10,607 bases of DNA from Bdellovibrionota bacterium (GTDB lineage Bacteria; Bdellovibrionota_C; UBA2361; OMII01), in assembly GCA_044356215.1 (NCBI GenBank), contig JBIKWQ010000094.1, positions 1 to 10,607 of the forward strand, given 5' to 3'. The translations under genes were made by a program, and so were the position numbers. Under the pieces are notes generated by a model. It saw nothing but the letters and a program-made list of their open reading frames with translations. It was not told the origin of the DNA and made no database searches. Positions 7,630 through 10,607 of the stretch are shown here, in pieces. Position 1 is the stretch's first letter. Each line of letters starts with the position of its first letter.

Positions 7630-8508
7630 ATGCCCTCCATCCCTTGGTCACCCCGCCCCGTCTCCATAGCCCTGGCCCAGTTCGCTATGAGCGCTGACCC
7701 CAAAGAAAATCTGGAGCGGGCTCTGAGTGGAATCGAGCAAGCGGCGAAACAGGGAGCGGACATAGTGTGTCTTCCGGAGCTTTTTCGCTCTCCTTACTTT
7801 TGCGTTAATGAGAAGTGCGAGCGCGACTACGCGGAGCCTGTTGAGGGGCCAGTGCTTCAAGCGCTCTCAGCCGCGGCCAAGAAGCTAAACGTCGCCGTAG
7901 TCGGGGGCTCGATCTATGAACGAGCCGCCTCCGGTAAGCTTTACAACACATCTATCGTTATCAAACGCGACGGCGAATTGAGCGGCATCTACCGCAAGGT
8001 ACACATTCCTCACGATCCAGCGTTTTACGAGCAACACTATTTTGAACCTGGGGATCTTGGATTTAAAGTCTTCGACTTGGGCTTCGCTAAAGTTGGAGTC
8101 CTGATCTGTTACGATCAGTGGTTCCCTGAGGCGGCAAGGTCACTCGCCCTGGCTGGAGCTGAGATAATATTTTATCCGACAGCGATCGCTAGAGTAAGAC
8201 ACCTTAGCCCAATCGAGGGTAATTGGCAGGATGCGTGGGAAACCGTTCAGCGTGGTCATGCGATAGCGAACAATATAGTTGTTTGCGCTGTGAATCGTGT
8301 CGGAACCGAGGGCGATTCGGATTTCTGGGGTGGATCATTCATCTCCAACGGATTCGGGCAGATATTAGCGCGAGGCGCTGAAACTGAGGGGATCATCAGG
8401 GCGGATGTCGATCTCAGTCATTCTTACTACACCAGAGAAGGATGGCGCTTCTTTCACAATCGGCGTCCTGAGCAGTACGCTTCCTTAGTAGAGAGGGTTA
8501 CTAAATGA
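7630..8508 (+). CDS. aguB: Carbon-nitrogen hydrolase, probable N-carbamoylputrescine amidase
   Basis: Nitrilase triad in CLPELF (E), YRKVHIP (K) and ICYDQWFPE (C). FYEQHYFEPGDLGF and QRGHAIAN are typical of the CPA/AguB-like class. Coupled to speA by an ATGA overlap (8505-8508). Confidence 0.85.
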   Translation: MPSIPWSPRPVSIALAQFAMSADPKENLERALSGIEQAAKQGADIVCLPELFRSPYFCVNEKCERDYAEPVEGPVLQALSAAAKKLNVAVVGGSIYERAASGKLYNTSIVIKRDGELSGIYRKVHIPHDPAFYEQHYFEPGDLGFKVFDLGFAKVGVLICYDQWFPEAARSLALAGAEIIFYPTAIARVRHLSPIEGNWQDAWETVQRGHAIANNIVVCAVNRVGTEGDSDFWGGSFISNGFGQILARGAETEGIIRADVDLSHSYYTREGWRFFHNRRPEQYASLVERVTK

Positions 8509-10424
8509 CCAGTTGGGATATTTCAAAGAGCACTGAGCACTATCGAATAGATGGCTGGGGGGCGGGTTACTTCAAAATAAATGAGCGAGGCAACGTCGAG
8601 GCTTATCCGGATCCTAATAAGCCTCCGGTAGATCTGTGCAGAATTGTAGAGGATCTCGTTCGACGAGGTGTGAAGCCGCCACACTTAATCAGATTTGATG
8701 GAATCCTAAAGCAGCGCGCTAAAACTATCTACGATGCCTTTGATCGCGCCATAGCTGAATTCGATTACCAGGGCAGCTACACCCTGACTTATCCTGTGAA
8801 GGTAAATCAGCAGCGCCAAGTCGTTGAGAGCGTAAAGCGAGCCGCCAATGGGCAATCTATCGGACTAGAAGTTGGAAGTAAGCCTGAACTACTCGCTGTC
8901 TTGGCTGTGCAGGATCTTCAAAGAGGACTCCTTCTCTGCAACGGCTACAAAGATTACCAATTTATTGAGCTTGCCCTGATGGCAAGCAAGCTTGGCATGC
9001 GTCCGATCGTTACGGTGGAGCAGTTTTACGAGCTTGAGACGATCATAAGAGCCAGCGAGGCTGTTGGAGTAATTCCAGAGATCGGCTTAAGAATGAATCC
9101 ATCAAACAGGGGAGCAGGTCGGTGGGCCGGATCCGCTGGAGAGAACGCTAAGTTCGGATTGGCGCTTTATGAGATCATCGAGGCGATAAAGCAGCTAAAG
9201 GAGCGGGGACTAGAGCGTTGCGTCAAACTCCTACACTTTCATATGGGTAGCCAGATTACATCAATCACAGCTATCAAAAAGATCATGAAGGAAACAGCTA
9301 GAGTCTACACAGAGCTGGCGAAACTCTGCCCAGACATTGAGTTTTTAGACGTAGGTGGCGGTTTGGGCGTCGACTACGACGGTAGCCGCACTAACTTTGA
9401 GTCATCGATGAACTACAGCACGGAGCAGTACGCGCGCGATGTTGTTTGGGAGATCGCCTCCGCGTGCGCAGAGGCTGGAGTAAGGCATCCAAACATTATC
9501 AGTGAATCAGGAAGAGCTCTGGTCGCTCACCACGCCGTTTTGGTGACTGAAGTCATGGACGTCTCAGAGGTTCCAGCACCTCCCCCTACTCTCGATCCGG
9601 CGCCTTCAGATGATGAGAAACTGCAAGAGCTAGAGACACTATACAGAGATCTAAACTTGAAGAACTGCCATGAGATCTTTAACGATGCGCTGGGTCTGAG
9701 AGATGAGTTTTTGCAGCGTTTTATACAGGGGAATATCAACCTCGAGGAACGCGCCTTCGCGGAGCGAGCTCTGCGCTACCTGTTTACGAGAATCAGCGCT
9801 CTAAAAGATCAGATGAAGCACGTTCCCGAGGATCTGATGATCCTCGATGGAATGTTGAAAGATACCTATTTTTGCAACTTCTCAGTCTTTCAGTCGATCC
9901 TTGATCACTGGGCTATTGAGCAGCTTTTTCCGATAATCCCGATTCACCGACTCAATTCGCAGCCAACTCGCAAAGCGGTTATAGCGGACCTAACGTGTGA
10001 CAGCGATGGGAAGATCGATAAGTTTATTGACCTGCAGGGTATCCAAAGACACATCGATCTTCATCCCTATAAAAGCGACCAACCGTACTACCTTGGGATC
10101 TTTCTAGTTGGGGCCTATCAAGAGTGCCTCGGCAACCTGCATAACTTATTCGGAGATACCAACGCGGTGCACGTTGATGTCGATGACTCTGGCCAACCGA
10201 GGATCACTTCGATAGTTGAGGGAGACACGATCAAGGAGGTCTTAAGCTACGTGCAATACAGCGGAGATGACCTAATCTCTGGATTAAACAGCTTAATCGA
10301 TCGGGCAGTAAGACACGGAACAATGAGCGCCGAGGACTCGGCGAAATTCATGCAGCGCTACAAAGAGAGCCTCAGTGGGTACACGTATCTCCTATGGGAA
10401 TCCCCTGGATCGCAGTCATCCTAA
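8505..10424 (+). CDS. speA: Biosynthetic arginine decarboxylase (PLP-dependent, fold type III)
   Basis: Motifs YPVKVNQ (PLP lysine K99), LEVGSKPEL, CNGYKD, HFHMGSQI, DVGGGLGVDYDG, TCDSDG, GAYQE and HNLFG, with a C-terminal YTYL. 639 aa. Confidence 0.96.
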   Translation: MTSWDISKSTEHYRIDGWGAGYFKINERGNVEAYPDPNKPPVDLCRIVEDLVRRGVKPPHLIRFDGILKQRAKTIYDAFDRAIAEFDYQGSYTLTYPVKVNQQRQVVESVKRAANGQSIGLEVGSKPELLAVLAVQDLQRGLLLCNGYKDYQFIELALMASKLGMRPIVTVEQFYELETIIRASEAVGVIPEIGLRMNPSNRGAGRWAGSAGENAKFGLALYEIIEAIKQLKERGLERCVKLLHFHMGSQITSITAIKKIMKETARVYTELAKLCPDIEFLDVGGGLGVDYDGSRTNFESSMNYSTEQYARDVVWEIASACAEAGVRHPNIISESGRALVAHHAVLVTEVMDVSEVPAPPPTLDPAPSDDEKLQELETLYRDLNLKNCHEIFNDALGLRDEFLQRFIQGNINLEERAFAERALRYLFTRISALKDQMKHVPEDLMILDGMLKDTYFCNFSVFQSILDHWAIEQLFPIIPIHRLNSQPTRKAVIADLTCDSDGKIDKFIDLQGIQRHIDLHPYKSDQPYYLGIFLVGAYQECLGNLHNLFGDTNAVHVDVDDSGQPRITSIVEGDTIKEVLSYVQYSGDDLISGLNSLIDRAVRHGTMSAEDSAKFMQRYKESLSGYTYLLWESPGSQSS

Positions 10425-10607
10425 GGAAGGCCGGCAAAACCCCTCCCTACTGCGAAAGCGGATCTTGAGCTGCTCTTCGAGTTTTCGAGATGGGAAAAAA
10501 TCCTCAATGTATCACAGGGGATACACCTCCGGCCTTCGCTAAAGCTACGGCCGGCGAGGCTTTTGTCGGACCAGACGTAGCCTTGGCGTAGTCTGGTGCG
10601 GTTTTTT
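10425..10607. mobile_element. Palindromic MITE-like element, copy 2 (inverted relative to copy 1, interrupted by a 69-nt insertion, truncated by the window end)
   Basis: 10425-10528 is the reverse complement of 76-179 with one mismatch (10470). 10598-10607 (gcggtttttt) is the reverse complement of 66-75. It begins GGAAGG directly after CTAA (10421-10424). Confidence 0.78.
10529..10597. repeat. REP/REPIN-like doublet of two inverted short hairpins inserted in MITE copy 2
   Basis: Hairpin A: ccggcc-ttcgctaaagctac-ggccgg (10529-10554). Hairpin B: ccagac-gtagccttggcgta-gtctgg (10571-10596), whose reverse complement ccagac-tacgccaaggctac-gtctgg aligns with A. The segment is absent from copy 1. 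Confidence 0.75.

Noticed and set aside
6803..7860. ORFs 6803-7135, 6810-7256, 6891-7091, 7280-7630, 7345-7608 and 7648-7860
   Set aside because: Alternative-frame or antisense shadows of the GT and aguB genes. Ser/Arg-rich translations with no family motifs.
9527..9739. 70-aa antisense ORF in speA
   Set aside because: Shadow ORF inside a conserved gene.
1..10607. CRISPR array, tRNA/rRNA, transposase or integrase
   Set aside because: No regularly spaced direct repeats, no cloverleaf or rRNA-like sequence, and no ORF with DDE, HUH or recombinase motifs.

Overview
Bacterial DNA of roughly 50% GC by eye, with seven credible protein genes bracketed by two inverted copies of a palindromic repeat of about 180 bp. 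Gene order: secreted S8 subtilase with a Pro/Thr linker (+), Mn-type superoxide dismutase (+), DUF445 membrane protein (-), two divergent membrane-protein genes (- / +), and a translationally coupled aguB-like amidase and speA pair (+). Three things stand out. (1) The flanking repeat looks like a non-autonomous IS5-type MITE: it has GGAAGG ends and CTAG/CTAA junctions, and it folds into one long imperfect hairpin. One copy sits directly after the speA stop codon. (2) The right copy carries a nested 69-nt insertion of two inverted REP-like hairpins with compensatory base changes. (3) The divergent genes appear to be the N- and C-terminal halves of one GT-C (ArnT/PMT-like) + DUF2298 protein, split and arranged head-to-head, with a degenerate DUF2298 part. 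Family assignments come from motif recognition, not database searches.
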